Shown here one piece after another: positions 48,420 to 58,566 of a DNA stretch of 64,000 nucleotides (the stretch's first letter is position 1; each line of letters opens with the position of its first letter). The notes beneath the pieces are model-generated. The model made no database searches. It saw only the letters and a program-made list of their open reading frames with translations, and was not told the DNA's origin. This stretch comes from Candidatus Krumholzibacteriia bacterium (GTDB lineage Bacteria > Krumholzibacteriota > Krumholzibacteriia > JAJRXK01). The position numbers were made by a program, and so were the translations under genes. The stretch covers positions 32,001 through 96,000 of the forward strand of contig JBGPIA010000012.1 of NCBI GenBank assembly GCA_041484665.1, written 5' to 3'.

Positions 48420-49010
48420 CTAGCAGTGGTGCCCGATATGTGCGCTGAACACGCCGACGTCTGCCAGGTTTACGAAGCCATCCGAGTTGAAGTCCGCACA
48501 GGCATTATAGGCGCCATTGAGGGCAGCCGAAAACACGCCGACATCCGCCAGATTGACGAACAGGTCGCCCGTCATGTCCACACTGACGACCGTGATGGGG
48601 AGCGGCGATCCGGCAATGGCGGGCGGGCTGGTCCATATAAAGACGCTGACGGCCCCGCCGCAACCTCCTGCTGCCAACGAGCCGCTGATGGTCGTCTTAC
48701 CGAACAGATCGGTCGGCGCATCAGCGATCAGCGGGTTGGCAGGGCACGCGGTCGGAGCCGCGGCCCAGATACCGGCCGCTGGCTCCCCAACATCCGGCCC
48801 GAGAAACGCACCGAAAAGCCCGACGGAGATCCTGAGCCCCCTACTCGCGAGCGTCGGGCCGTCGCCCGCGGGGCAGACGAAGATCCTGCCCGCGGCAGAT
48901 ATGCAGGTGCTGAACACCGGGACTGGGGGCCACTGAGCGTCGGCGGGAGTGCTCAGGCACAACCAGGCGAGCGCAGCGAGGATCAGAGCGACGTGTGGCT
49001 TCACATTCAT
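48420..49010 (-). CDS. Secreted protein with dockerin-like tandem Ca-binding repeats
   Basis: AGGAGG RBS, signal peptide, CPAGDG; DMTGDLFVNLADV / DFNSDGFVNLADV. Confidence 0.8.
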   Translation of the reverse strand: MNVKPHVALILAALAWLCLSTPADAQWPPVPVFSTCISAAGRIFVCPAGDGPTLASRGLRISVGLFGAFLGPDVGEPAAGIWAAAPTACPANPLIADAPTDLFGKTTISGSLAAGGCGGAVSVFIWTSPPAIAGSPLPITVVSVDMTGDLFVNLADVGVFSAALNGAYNACADFNSDGFVNLADVGVFSAHIGHHC

Positions 49011-49362
49011 AGTTGCCACCTCCTGGCGTTTGGGACCGCGGTAACGCGCTCTTGCGTGGCGAGGACAGTGGGCGCGTACCGTGTCGGGGATCATAGGTCA
49101 CGCATCGCCAGCGGAGCAAGCCTTGCGCGACGGCGCAGCTCGGTGCCTGTGGCGAAGGGCCGCCGGGCGGGACTCCCGAGCTTGGGTCTCAGCCACTCAG
49201 ATTTCATGGTCGCCGGCAGGCAGAAGCGTCGGCGGGCACGGATGCAAACAGGTCGGGAGCCCACCTCGCCTCTCGACGCCCGCCCCGTCGTCTCCTCCCC
49301 GACCCACTCCGCTGCGCCCACCGCGCGCCACCGCGCGCCACCGCGCAACTCGCGGCCACGGA

Positions 49363-49947
49363 TCAGCGCGCCGGCGTTTCTCCCGATCGCGCTTCTCGCT
49401 TCGCCAGCGCTCGAAGGTAGTCGACGATGTTGCGGATCTTCCGCTCGTTGAGCGTGCGGCCCCACGGTGGCATTGCGGTCGAGAGCCCGACGCTGCCGCC
49501 GCCGGCGCGAATGGCCGCGGCCAGGTCGTCATCGGAGTGGGTGGCCTGGAAAGTGGAGTCGGCCAGCGCGCGCGGACGCGGGTCGAGGTTGTAGGCGTTG
49601 AAGCCGTCCCCCTTGCCCTCCTCACCGTGGCAGTTCATGCAGTAATGGTGAAATAGGGCGCGCCCTTCGCGGGCGTTGTAGCCCAGGTCTGGGATCGGCA
49701 ACGTCGGCACTGCGTAACCCTGGGCTGTGGAGTCGGCGGCCGTTGGAGCAGTGGTGACCGGCGAAGCGGTCGTAGCAGCAGACGCGCTTTGCATTGTCGA
49801 GTCGGCCGGAGCGCCCATTCCCGTGTTGATCGTCGCAAGAACCGCGGCCAACACCAGGGCACCGCCGATCAGCCCGCCCCGGATCGCTGCGCTGCGATTC
49901 CTTGCGCCGATCGCGAGCCCCGCCCAGACCATCCGCACCCGCCTCAC
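49363..49947 (-). CDS. Monoheme cytochrome c
   Basis: CMNCH, distal MPPW, N-terminal hydrophobic segment; GTGA-coupled. Confidence 0.9.
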   Translation of the reverse strand: MRRVRMVWAGLAIGARNRSAAIRGGLIGGALVLAAVLATINTGMGAPADSTMQSASAATTASPVTTAPTAADSTAQGYAVPTLPIPDLGYNAREGRALFHHYCMNCHGEEGKGDGFNAYNLDPRPRALADSTFQATHSDDDLAAAIRAGGGSVGLSTAMPPWGRTLNERKIRNIVDYLRALAKREARSGETPAR

Positions 49948-52142
49948 GGCTTGCGCCCCTTTCCCCGCTTCGTGCCCGTGGCCGCCTTCCCGGAGTTTCC
50001 GGCGCTCCCCGCGCTTCCCGCATCCCGCCCTAATCCCGAGCCCTCCGGCGGCGGGATCGACGCCACGTAGGCGGTCAGATCGCGGGCATCGGTATCATCC
50101 AGGCCGTAGTCGGGCTCGCGCACGTCGGCGCGCCACCGCTGCGGGCCCTTGAGCCACCAGTAGATCCACCCCGTCTTCAGGCGGGCCGCGGCTCCGTCGA
50201 GCAGGGGTCCATAGTAGCCACCCCTGCCCCCCACCATGTGGCAGGCCTGGCATCCATATCTCTCATAGAAGAGCTTGCGGCCGCGCTCGATCTGCTCGTA
50301 CGCCGCCCCGGCGGGAAAGATCTCCTCTGGAATCCGGTCGTCTCGCAGGACGTTCTCGACGAAGTTGGCCATGAAGGCCGCTTGGTCGTCGGGAATCTGC
50401 AGCGGGATCATCCTCTCCTCGAGGATCGGGCGCAGGGTGGTGGGCAGCTTCAGGTAGCTCGCGAGCCAGGCCTCCTTGACCTTGCTTCCCTCGGCGCCCA
50501 GGGGCGCCGTCGAGATGTCACCGCCGGCGCCGTTGATCTGATGGCATGACAGACACCGATACTCGCCAGCCAGCTGCCCGAAATGTCCGGGAGGCGTGTA
50601 GTCGTGCTGCGGCGCCTCCATGACATAGGCAGCGGGCAGGGGATCGCGGCCCAACGACAGCAGCGCCGTCACCAGCGCCTCGACCTGGTGTTCGGTGAGA
50701 TTGAACTGCGGCATCCGCAGGCCTTGGCGGAACGAGCGTGGGTCGGAGACCTTGGCGGCCAGCCAGTCGGGCAGCCGGCGCGGCAGATCCTCGCGCATTC
50801 CGAAATCCAGCTGCGCAGCCGGCTTGTCGGCGATGCCGGTGAGCTCGGGGCCGATCGGCACCGCGATCCCCTCGCCGTTGATGCGGTGGCAGCTGCCGCA
50901 GCCGAGTCTCTTGTAGATCTCCTTGCCTGCCTCGATCGCTTTCTCCGCCGGCCGCACGCCGGGCGAGGGGGTCGCAACCGACGGCTCCGGAATCGACGGA
51001 TCGGTGAGCTCTTCCATCATATAGGCGCTGAGATCGGCAAGATCATGGGGGCTGAAGTGGTAGCGCGGCATGCGGATCCCTGGGTAGAACCGCTGGGGGT
51101 CGCCCAGGAACGCCACCAGCCAGCGACGGTTGACCTCGGAGGCGATTCCGGACAGCTCGGGCGCACTGCCGTTGCCTCGGCCCTCGACCGTATGGCAGGA
51201 GATGCAACGCGAGGCCGAAAACAAGACCTTCCCATGGTCAACGTCCCCGCCCTGGCTCGCGGTCCGCGACTGGTCAGCGTCTTCGCCCTGGCTGGCGACT
51301 TGCGCATGCTCGGCGTGCGCGCCGTGATCGACCTCTCTGCTCGCGGTCCCGCCCGCTGTTTCTGCGCCCAGCTCCACGATCGGCGGTCGCGTCCACAGGA
51401 ACGCCGTGAGCGAGTCGATCTCGCCGTCGCTCAGCGCGAAGTTGGGCATCCAGGTTGCCGGTCGCAGCGAGCGTGGCGCATGCAGCCACGCCTTGAGCCA
51501 GGCCGGGTTGGTCTTCTGCGCCAAACCGGCCAGATCCGGCGCCTCGGTCTTCCATCCTTCCTGCCCGGCCACCTTGTGACATCCGTAGCAACCCACGCGC
51601 GTCATCAGAGCCCGGCCCTCCGACAGCAGCGAAGCTTCCGGCACCTCATCACCCCGGTGACACCGTCCGCAGGCCGCCTCGGTGTAGCGCAGCGGCAGCA
51701 GCGGCGAGCTCCAGTCGGGGACGCTTCCGTGCGCCTCGGCAACGGTCGTGGCACGCCCCTGCCCCTGGTGGCAGATCACGCAGCCGAAGCGTGGAATGTC
51801 GCCGGGCGTGTGCGGGGTGCGTGGGTGCTGGCGGAATGGCTCGGTTACCTTCGCCATCCGCGGATCCTCGAGCCCCAAATGACACGTGACGCAGCGGTCC
51901 ACACGGCCGTCGAAACCCGGAAGCCAGATCTGGTGGATCCCGATGTGCTGGGCCCGCGCCTGCTTCAGCTCCTTGAGCGATCCCGCGCTGCGCGTAAGCA
52001 GGCTGCGATACTGCGTCTGGTAGCGACGATAGCCGCGGAAGTAGTCCTTCACTGGCGAGATCGCCAGCACGATCAGGAAGGCGACGCTCGATACGGCGAA
52101 CCAGAACCACAAGCGGTCGGAGGATGGCTCTTTCGGACTCAT
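49944..52142 (-). CDS. Membrane-anchored octaheme cytochrome c
   Basis: Eight CxxCH: CVTCH, CVICH, CGRCH, CYGCH, CISCH, CGSCH, CLSCH, CQACH; N-terminal TM. Confidence 0.92.
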   Translation of the reverse strand: MSPKEPSSDRLWFWFAVSSVAFLIVLAISPVKDYFRGYRRYQTQYRSLLTRSAGSLKELKQARAQHIGIHQIWLPGFDGRVDRCVTCHLGLEDPRMAKVTEPFRQHPRTPHTPGDIPRFGCVICHQGQGRATTVAEAHGSVPDWSSPLLPLRYTEAACGRCHRGDEVPEASLLSEGRALMTRVGCYGCHKVAGQEGWKTEAPDLAGLAQKTNPAWLKAWLHAPRSLRPATWMPNFALSDGEIDSLTAFLWTRPPIVELGAETAGGTASREVDHGAHAEHAQVASQGEDADQSRTASQGGDVDHGKVLFSASRCISCHTVEGRGNGSAPELSGIASEVNRRWLVAFLGDPQRFYPGIRMPRYHFSPHDLADLSAYMMEELTDPSIPEPSVATPSPGVRPAEKAIEAGKEIYKRLGCGSCHRINGEGIAVPIGPELTGIADKPAAQLDFGMREDLPRRLPDWLAAKVSDPRSFRQGLRMPQFNLTEHQVEALVTALLSLGRDPLPAAYVMEAPQHDYTPPGHFGQLAGEYRCLSCHQINGAGGDISTAPLGAEGSKVKEAWLASYLKLPTTLRPILEERMIPLQIPDDQAAFMANFVENVLRDDRIPEEIFPAGAAYEQIERGRKLFYERYGCQACHMVGGRGGYYGPLLDGAAARLKTGWIYWWLKGPQRWRADVREPDYGLDDTDARDLTAYVASIPPPEGSGLGRDAGSAGSAGNSGKAATGTKRGKGRKP

Positions 52143-52840
52143 CAGTGTGCACCAGGATGCCAGGGCCAGACCCATTTCCAACCGGGGCCGCGGAACAGCA
52201 CCCCGATCAGGGTGAGGACGACGGTGACCGACACGAACCAGGTCATGATCCAGTTGGAGAGCGGCACCTTCGCAAGGCGCCCGCGCCAGTCCGGTGGGCA
52301 GGCCGGTATGGCCGGTAGAGCCATCGCCAGGGTCACCAGTAGCGTGGGCACCAGCACCGCCCACACTCGGAAACCCACCAGGAGCGCCGCGAGCGCCGCG
52401 CTCACGACCAAGAGCGTCGCGAGCTTCTTGCGCCGCGGCTCCGCGAGGAAGCCGGCGTTGTCCAGGTTCACCCTGAAGTAGGGGATCGCGACCATCGCAA
52501 TGACAACCAGCCCCGGGATGAGGACGCCGGCGACGATCGGCGGAAAATAGTGGAGCAACTCCTGCAGGCCCAGGAAGTACCAGGGGGCCTTGGTCGGGTT
52601 GGGCGTATTGGAGGGGTCGGCGATTCCCTCCAGCGGGGCGTCGAAGAACAGCGAGATGAGCGACAGGACGACGACGCACACCTGGATGAGAATGATCTCG
52701 CGCAGCAACAGGTGCGGCGCCGTCATCACCAGTTCTTCTTGATCGACGAGCACCCGCGCCGGGGTATCCCGCCGGATCAGCGCCACCCGCTTGGGCGTAG
52801 CTTTGGCATCGCTGTCGCGCCCGACCTCGAACTCGGTCAC
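52142..52840 (-). CDS. Cytochrome b6/f-type subunit IV
   Basis: [38 protein letters not shown]. Confidence 0.88.
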   Translation of the reverse strand: MTEFEVGRDSDAKATPKRVALIRRDTPARVLVDQEELVMTAPHLLLREIILIQVCVVVLSLISLFFDAPLEGIADPSNTPNPTKAPWYFLGLQELLHYFPPIVAGVLIPGLVVIAMVAIPYFRVNLDNAGFLAEPRRKKLATLLVVSAALAALLVGFRVWAVLVPTLLVTLAMALPAIPACPPDWRGRLAKVPLSNWIMTWFVSVTVVLTLIGVLFRGPGWKWVWPWHPGAH

Positions 52841-53583
52841 GGCTGGCCTCCTCGGCTGCGACCCGATCCCGCAGAGCCCGCCAGTCCTCCGTCCTTGCGC
52901 ACTCGCCACAGGTGCAGCGCCACGCCCAGCACCAGTCCCACGGGCAGCAACGCGCAGTGGAGCACGTAGAACCTCAGCAGCGCGTTCTCACCGACGATGG
53001 TTCCACCCAGCAGCAGGTACCGCATCGGACCTCCCAGCACCGGCACGGCCCGTACCATATTCGTCCCCACCGAGACACCCCAGAGCGCCAACTGATCCCA
53101 AGGCAACAGATAGCCGGTGTAGCTCAGCAGAAGCGTCATCAGCAGCAGGACCACACCCACGACCCAGTTGAACTCGCGCGGGGGGCGGTAAGCCTTGTGG
53201 TAGAAGACCCGCAGCATGTGGAGGAACACCACCAGGACCATCATGTGCGCGGCCCAGCGGTGCAGATTGCGCAGGAACAGCCCGTTGCCCACCACGAACT
53301 GCAGCTCCTTCATGTCGTGGTAGGCCTGTGGTACCGAGGGGTGGTAGTAGAGCATGAGCATGAGGCCGGTGGCGGTCAGGAGCGCGAAAAGGATGAGGCT
53401 GATCGCTCCGAGAAAGTAGGTGCTGGAGGCCTCGAGGCTGCGCCGGCGCACCTTGGCCGAGTGGAGATGGAGGATCACGCTCTCCATAACCAGCATGACG
53501 CGGTTGCGATTGGTGGGCCGCACGCCGTGCCGCACGATCGAGCGCCAGACCCGATTGTCCGTGGCTGTCTGCAAGAAGCTCAT
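52837..53583 (-). CDS. Cytochrome b6-like (split cytochrome b N-terminal part)
   Basis: LHRWAAH...[22 protein letters not shown]...ALHLW. Confidence 0.93.
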   Translation of the reverse strand: MSFLQTATDNRVWRSIVRHGVRPTNRNRVMLVMESVILHLHSAKVRRRSLEASSTYFLGAISLILFALLTATGLMLMLYYHPSVPQAYHDMKELQFVVGNGLFLRNLHRWAAHMMVLVVFLHMLRVFYHKAYRPPREFNWVVGVVLLLMTLLLSYTGYLLPWDQLALWGVSVGTNMVRAVPVLGGPMRYLLLGGTIVGENALLRFYVLHCALLPVGLVLGVALHLWRVRKDGGLAGSAGSGRSRGGQP

Positions 53584-53622
53584 GCTCGCGCCTCGATTGC
53601 GGTTGGTGGGCCGCACGTTGCG

Positions 53623-54102
53623 TCAGAACCGGTAGACCGTCCCGGCCGGCACCTCGATCGATGTGTCCACGATCAGCTCGCCTTTGTCCGAGAGGCTCAT
53701 CTGCACCCAGCGCAGCGGCCGCGGCGCTGGCCCTGCCATGACGTCACCCTCCAGCGAGAAGCGGCTGCCGTGGCAGGGGCATGCGATGAGGTTCTTGTCG
53801 GGCTGGAAGCGGGCGATGCAGCCCAGATGGGTGCACACCGACGAGAGAGCCCGGAAGCCGTCGGCCAACCGGATGACGAACACCCGGTGCGCGGCGTCCT
53901 CGAGCACCGCGCCGACACCAATGGCCTCGGGCTGGCCGGCCGAGAATGACGTGGCCGGCTCGAACAGCACCCGGGGACGAAGGAAATCGGCCATCACCGC
54001 GCTGGCTCCGCCGCCGGCGAGCCCGCAGGCGATCAGGCCGGTTGCCTGACAGAAGAGCCGGCGGGTCAGGACCGGCTTTCCCGCGTCGCCGGTCTCAGAC
54101 AT
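53623..54102 (-). CDS. Rieske 2Fe-2S protein
   Basis: TRRLF Tat-like motif, CTHLGC, CPCHGSRF. Confidence 0.95.
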   Translation of the reverse strand: MSETGDAGKPVLTRRLFCQATGLIACGLAGGGASAVMADFLRPRVLFEPATSFSAGQPEAIGVGAVLEDAAHRVFVIRLADGFRALSSVCTHLGCIARFQPDKNLIACPCHGSRFSLEGDVMAGPAPRPLRWVQMSLSDKGELIVDTSIEVPAGTVYRF

Positions 54103-56095
54103 GGCTCGCCTCCAATGCGCTCGGCTGCGGTCGGCCGTGGTCCAGTCCGCTCGGCTGCGGTCGGCCTTGTTCCAGTCGGCTCGGCTCCAATGGGCTCGAC
54201 TCCAATTGGCTCGGCTCCAATTGGCTCGGTTCCGTGAGGAAGAACTGCTCCATGGTGATGGTGCCGGCGGGGCAGCGCAGTGCGCACAGTCCGCATCGGA
54301 TGCAGATCGTCTCGTCCTTGATCAGCGCGGTTCCGCTGGGAACGTCCTGCTCGACGAGCGCGGCGGCAGCTGCGCCACATTCGGCCACCAGGTCGTCACG
54401 CAGCGCTCCATCGGCTGAGAGCGCCGACAGCGGCACGAACTCGATGCATTTCTCAGGACAGACGTCGGCGCAGCCGCCGCACAGGATGCACTCGGTGCCT
54501 CGCTGCGGGTCCTCGTGGAACACCGTGTTCACCCAGCAATGCAGGCAGCGCGACGCCTCGAGCTTGGCCGATGTCTCGGACAGACACTGCTCGATCTCGG
54601 CGATGCCGATACGGCGCTCGATGGGCAGCGCCGGCAGCTTCTGCCGCGGCACCCCCTCGTAATCCAGCGTCCGGCGGTAACCCGGGAGCGGCTGGATCAC
54701 GATCTCCACCGTCTCCAGAGCGGCCTGCGCACCGCGCAGGTGGGCGTGGATGGAGGACGCCGCGCGGCGGCCGTCCGCGATGGCGTTGATGGCGATGCGC
54801 GGGCCGAACGCCACATCCCCGCCGGCGTAGACTCCCGGCGCGGTGGTGGCCAGCGTGTCGGCATCGATGCGGATCGTCCCGCGGGGGGTGGTCTCGACGC
54901 CATCCTCGGGCCGCAGGAACGACAGGTCGCAGGCCTGGCCGATGGCCAGGATGACCGTATCGGCCGCCAGCGCCAGCTCGCTGCCCGGCACGAACGTCGG
55001 ATTGAAGCGGTGCTGTGCGTCGAAGACCGCGGAGCAGTCGATAGTCTCCAGCCCCGTCACGCGGCCGTTCTCGCCGAGGATGCGCTGGGGTCCCTTGCCG
55101 GCATGGATCACGATCCCTTCGTGCTGCGCCTCGAGGATCTCGCTGCGGTCGGCCGGCATCTCATCGAAGCCCTCCAGGCAGACGATGTGGACCTCCTTGG
55201 CGCCGAAACGGATGGCCGACCGCGCCACATCCAGGGCGGTCACGATGTTGAGACTGGGATTCACCACGTCGTCACGCACCGCAGTGCGCAGCGCCGTGCG
55301 CGCCACGTCGAGCGCCACGTTTCCGCCACCGACCACGAGCACCCGCTTGCCGAGCTCCAGGCGGTAGCCCATGTTCATATTGAGCAGGAAGTCGACGCCC
55401 TTCAGCACACCGTCCAGATCGGTGCCCGGGATCTGAAGATCGCGGCTCTTGTGCGCACCCGTGGCCACGAACACGGCCCGGTATCCCTGGCTGCGCAGGT
55501 CGGCCAGCAGGAAATCGCGACCCAGCCTCGCTCCCAGCTTCAGCTCCACGCCCAGGCTGAGAATGGCGTTGATCTCCAGCTTGATCAGCTCGCGCGGGAG
55601 TCGGTACTCCGGGATGCCCAAGCGCAGCATGCCGCCCGCGACCGGCTGGGCCTCGAAGATCGTGACCGGGTAACCGAGCAACGCCAGATCGTGCGCCGCC
55701 GCCAGGCCCGCGGGCCCGGCGCCCACGATCGCCACACGGTCCTGGGGATGGCGCACCGGCCTGTCGCCGTAGATCTCCCGCAGCGCGTCGAGGTCGATCA
55801 TGCTCTCGACGCCAAAGCGCTCGGTGATGAAGCGCTTCAACGCCCGGATGGCGATCGGCTGGTCGAGCGCGCCCCGCCGGCAGGCGGGCTCGCATGGCGC
55901 GGCGCAGATCCGTCCGCAAATCGACGCGAGCGGATTCGGCCGGCGGGCCACCGCGTAGGCCTCGCGGAAGCGCCCCTCGGCGATGAGCGCTACGTAGCGT
56001 CCGGCTTCGGTGCCGACCGGGCAGGCCTTGAAGCAAGGGAAATTGCTCTCCAGCCACACCCGGTCCACCAGGGTCGTCTCGGCCACGGTCGCCAA
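54095..56095 (-). CDS. NAD(P)-dependent Fe-S flavoprotein (GltD/NfnB/DsrL-like) with C-terminal ferredoxin domain
   Basis: CFKACP, CGRICAAPCEPAC, GAGPAG, GGGNVALD, EASRCLHC, CILCGGCADVCP, CIRCGLCALRCP. Confidence 0.92.
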   Translation of the reverse strand: MATVAETTLVDRVWLESNFPCFKACPVGTEAGRYVALIAEGRFREAYAVARRPNPLASICGRICAAPCEPACRRGALDQPIAIRALKRFITERFGVESMIDLDALREIYGDRPVRHPQDRVAIVGAGPAGLAAAHDLALLGYPVTIFEAQPVAGGMLRLGIPEYRLPRELIKLEINAILSLGVELKLGARLGRDFLLADLRSQGYRAVFVATGAHKSRDLQIPGTDLDGVLKGVDFLLNMNMGYRLELGKRVLVVGGGNVALDVARTALRTAVRDDVVNPSLNIVTALDVARSAIRFGAKEVHIVCLEGFDEMPADRSEILEAQHEGIVIHAGKGPQRILGENGRVTGLETIDCSAVFDAQHRFNPTFVPGSELALAADTVILAIGQACDLSFLRPEDGVETTPRGTIRIDADTLATTAPGVYAGGDVAFGPRIAINAIADGRRAASSIHAHLRGAQAALETVEIVIQPLPGYRRTLDYEGVPRQKLPALPIERRIGIAEIEQCLSETSAKLEASRCLHCWVNTVFHEDPQRGTECILCGGCADVCPEKCIEFVPLSALSADGALRDDLVAECGAAAAALVEQDVPSGTALIKDETICIRCGLCALRCPAGTITMEQFFLTEPSQLEPSQLESSPLEPSRLEQGRPQPSGLDHGRPQPSALEASHV
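54111..54232 (-). repeat. Degenerate 15-bp tandem repeats encoding EPSQL-type pentapeptides
   Basis: EPSQL EPSQL ESSPL EPSRL EQGRP QPSGL DHGRP QPSAL. Confidence 0.85.
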
Positions 56096-56200
56096 CCTGC
56101 TTCCGGTTCCTGCTTCGTGCGCCTACGACTTGTGCCCGTTTCGCGCGCCTGCTTCGTGGTGCTGAGTCGTGTTCTTGCCTCTCGCGACCGCGTCTGCTTC

Positions 56201-56800
56201 CTACTTCTTGAGCTCGAGATCGGCGGTGGTCGACCCGGCAACCGTCACAGCTTTGCTCGCCTCCGTCTTGAACTTGGGATGCCACACCTTCACGGTGTAC
56301 GCGCCGTCGGGCAGATCCTTGATCACGTACGCACCCGTCTTGTCGGTCACGGCAAACCACGGAGTCGGCAAGGCCAGGACGAAGCCTTCCATCTCCGGAT
56401 GCACCTTGCACAGGAGGGTGGCCGCGCAGCGCGCCTTGAACGTGTAGCCACGAGTCTGCCCCTTGGGCCAACTGCCGAGATTGAACGTCTCGCAACACTT
56501 GTCCGGCGAGAAGACGTTGTGGAGTACGGCGTCGCTGTTGAGGAAGTCCACCGTCGTCCCCACCAACACCGGCAGGACGTGGGGGACGAACACCAGGTTC
56601 TTTTGATCGATCTGGGCGTGGGCCGTCGGCGGCGGGAAGGTTTTCCCAGCGATCGCGTCGACGTAGACGACCGCATCGGCATTCGTCTTGACTCCGGGCA
56701 CCTTGACGACGCCCTTCAGCTCGCCCGCCGGCGCCACGGCTGGGACGATCAGCACGACCGAGAGCAATGTGACAGCGCAGAAGAGCTTCACGAGCTTCAT
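56201..56800 (-). CDS. Periplasmic cupredoxin-like protein with carboxypeptidase-regulatory-like beta-sandwich
   Basis: Signal peptide; FLNSDAVLHNVFS and CKVHPEM give a His/Cys/His/Met type-1 Cu ligand set. Confidence 0.8.
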   Translation of the reverse strand: MKLVKLFCAVTLLSVVLIVPAVAPAGELKGVVKVPGVKTNADAVVYVDAIAGKTFPPPTAHAQIDQKNLVFVPHVLPVLVGTTVDFLNSDAVLHNVFSPDKCCETFNLGSWPKGQTRGYTFKARCAATLLCKVHPEMEGFVLALPTPWFAVTDKTGAYVIKDLPDGAYTVKVWHPKFKTEASKAVTVAGSTTADLELKK

Positions 56801-56905
56801 ACGTTCGACCTTTCTTGCTTGCTCGAGCCGGCGCGCGCGGGTGTTGTCGGGGCCTTCTGCAGGGCCCGCTCCAGCACCCTCTTGCGGGCCTGCTCGAGGC
56901 CCTTC

Positions 56906-58297
56906 TCAAAATCCAATGACCACGCCGCCCGAGACTTCCTCGTACTGGAACTTGCCGCCCGTTGCCTTGAGCCAGTCGGTGGCGATGAAGGACTTGATGT
57001 TGGCGCGGACCAGGCAATCAATCGTCAGCGAGACGCGGTCGACCTTCTCGTCCCCGAACTTGAAGGACTCCCAGCGACCGGCGGGGATCAGCCACGGGTA
57101 GGCCACCCAGGCGACCTCGGCAAACTGGCTGTTGGTGGAGATGTCGGTGGGCTCGGTGTCATCCAGGAAGGGGCGGTCGTCCTTGCGCGCGATCAATCCG
57201 GCATGGGCCAGCAGGTCGAGGTAGTTGACCGCCACGTCGCCGCCCACAACGTGGAATGGATCCTCGGGGCCGGGATCTCCATTGGGCAGCGCGCCGATGC
57301 GCCCGGGGTTGTGGATCGGCCCGCCAACCTTAGGCAGCACAGCGTCTGGAAGCGGGATCGATCCCTTGCCCGTGTACGCGAACGCCGACACAGCGACCGA
57401 CTTCTCACTCCACGGCTTGGGATTCGCCGGCAGACCTTCCGCTGCGCCACTGCGGGGGACGCCGTCGGACTCCAGACCGCCGACCTTGTAGGAAGCCCGG
57501 GCGTAGACGTCCTTCGACTTGTCGCCGACGCTGCCCGCTCCTTCCACGACGCCGGCGTTGTACGAAAGCCGGTGCGCCACGACGCCATAGGCCTCGATCC
57601 CCTGCTGGAATGGCTCGGCGGACCAGGTGTTGTCACCCACCGGCTCGGTGAGCGCGAAGTACTCCTGGTCCATCAGCGACCGGTGCGTGCTCACCAGCAT
57701 CAGGCCTGGCTCGAACGAGCCGACCTTGAACTGCAGCTCGGGAGTATCGAGCGGGCGCACCAGCAGATTGAGGCGCTCCATTTCCGTGGCAATGCTGCCG
57801 CCATCGCGGGCAAAGACCACCGAGCCCCAGAAGGAGAAATGTTCGCCGAGCGTGCCAGCGCCCAGAATCTCGAATTCTCCACCCATTCCGCCGAAGGAGA
57901 ACGTCTCCCCTGCGCGGTCGTACGCCATCGTGCTTGTGATGAGCACGGCGACCGGGGGAAGCCCGGAGATCTCTCCCGGCCAGACGGACTTGGGCCAGAG
58001 CTTCTTGTAGCCCTCGGCGCCCAGCGACACTGGTTGATCCTTGGAGATGCTCGCATCCGTACCGGCCGGGAATCGGTAACCGTTCGCGCGGAACGCTTCG
58101 CCGAACGGAGTGAGGCCCGGAAACGCCACGTGGCACGTCTGGCAGCTCGTCTGGTACTTCCGGGCGAACGCCGGAATGGCTCCAGCCTCATTCGGCCAGA
58201 TCGCCACGCAGGCCAGGACGACGAGCACCAGCGCGCCCGCCGAGCGGAGCTGACTCCACGCATCTCGCCACATTCTATTGGTTCTGTCGCGCCGCAT
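56906..58297 (-). CDS. Cyc2-like fused monoheme cytochrome-porin
   Basis: Signal peptide, then IPAFARKYQTSCQTCHVAFPGLTPFGEAFRANGY; amphipathic beta-strands; terminal Phe. Confidence 0.8.
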   Translation of the reverse strand: MRRDRTNRMWRDAWSQLRSAGALVLVVLACVAIWPNEAGAIPAFARKYQTSCQTCHVAFPGLTPFGEAFRANGYRFPAGTDASISKDQPVSLGAEGYKKLWPKSVWPGEISGLPPVAVLITSTMAYDRAGETFSFGGMGGEFEILGAGTLGEHFSFWGSVVFARDGGSIATEMERLNLLVRPLDTPELQFKVGSFEPGLMLVSTHRSLMDQEYFALTEPVGDNTWSAEPFQQGIEAYGVVAHRLSYNAGVVEGAGSVGDKSKDVYARASYKVGGLESDGVPRSGAAEGLPANPKPWSEKSVAVSAFAYTGKGSIPLPDAVLPKVGGPIHNPGRIGALPNGDPGPEDPFHVVGGDVAVNYLDLLAHAGLIARKDDRPFLDDTEPTDISTNSQFAEVAWVAYPWLIPAGRWESFKFGDEKVDRVSLTIDCLVRANIKSFIATDWLKATGGKFQYEEVSGGVVIGF

Positions 58298-58386
58298 GAC
58301 ACCTCCCGATGGTTCCGAGGAAATGCCGAACGGGCCCAGAGTGCGCGAGCGCGCCCCGCTCTACAATCCACGGAACGGATCATTTT

Positions 58387-58406
58387 CCTGATTCAATTGC
58401 ATCAGG
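58387..58406. promoter_or_regulatory. 20-bp palindrome CCTGATTCAATTGCATCAGG (lux-box-like)
   Basis: 18 of 20 positions are self-complementary; about 90 nt upstream of the porin start, downstream of the LuxR gene. Confidence 0.65.
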
Positions 58407-58566
58407 GGCTGCGCAGGCCATCGGGCTGACGTCGCGGGATTCCCGGCGGGAATCGCGGGGGTTCAGGCAGGAAATGCGGAGGCTCAGGCAGGAAATGCAG
58501 ATGCGCAGGTGGGAGCTGCGGGGGCTGCGGGGGCTCTGACTGGAAGTGCGAGAGCTCGGACGGCGA

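Noticed and set aside
48229..48423. Possible gene remnants here and at 38126-38400
   Set aside because: Protein-like stretches, but no family recognisable
38000..49100. Integron cassette array
   Set aside because: No integrase, no attC-like RYYYAAC...GTTRRRY sites recognised, and genes are in mixed orientation
56797..57021. Small ORF between the porin and cupredoxin genes
   Set aside because: Mostly overlaps the porin gene; no RBS or motif, though its stop overlaps the next start
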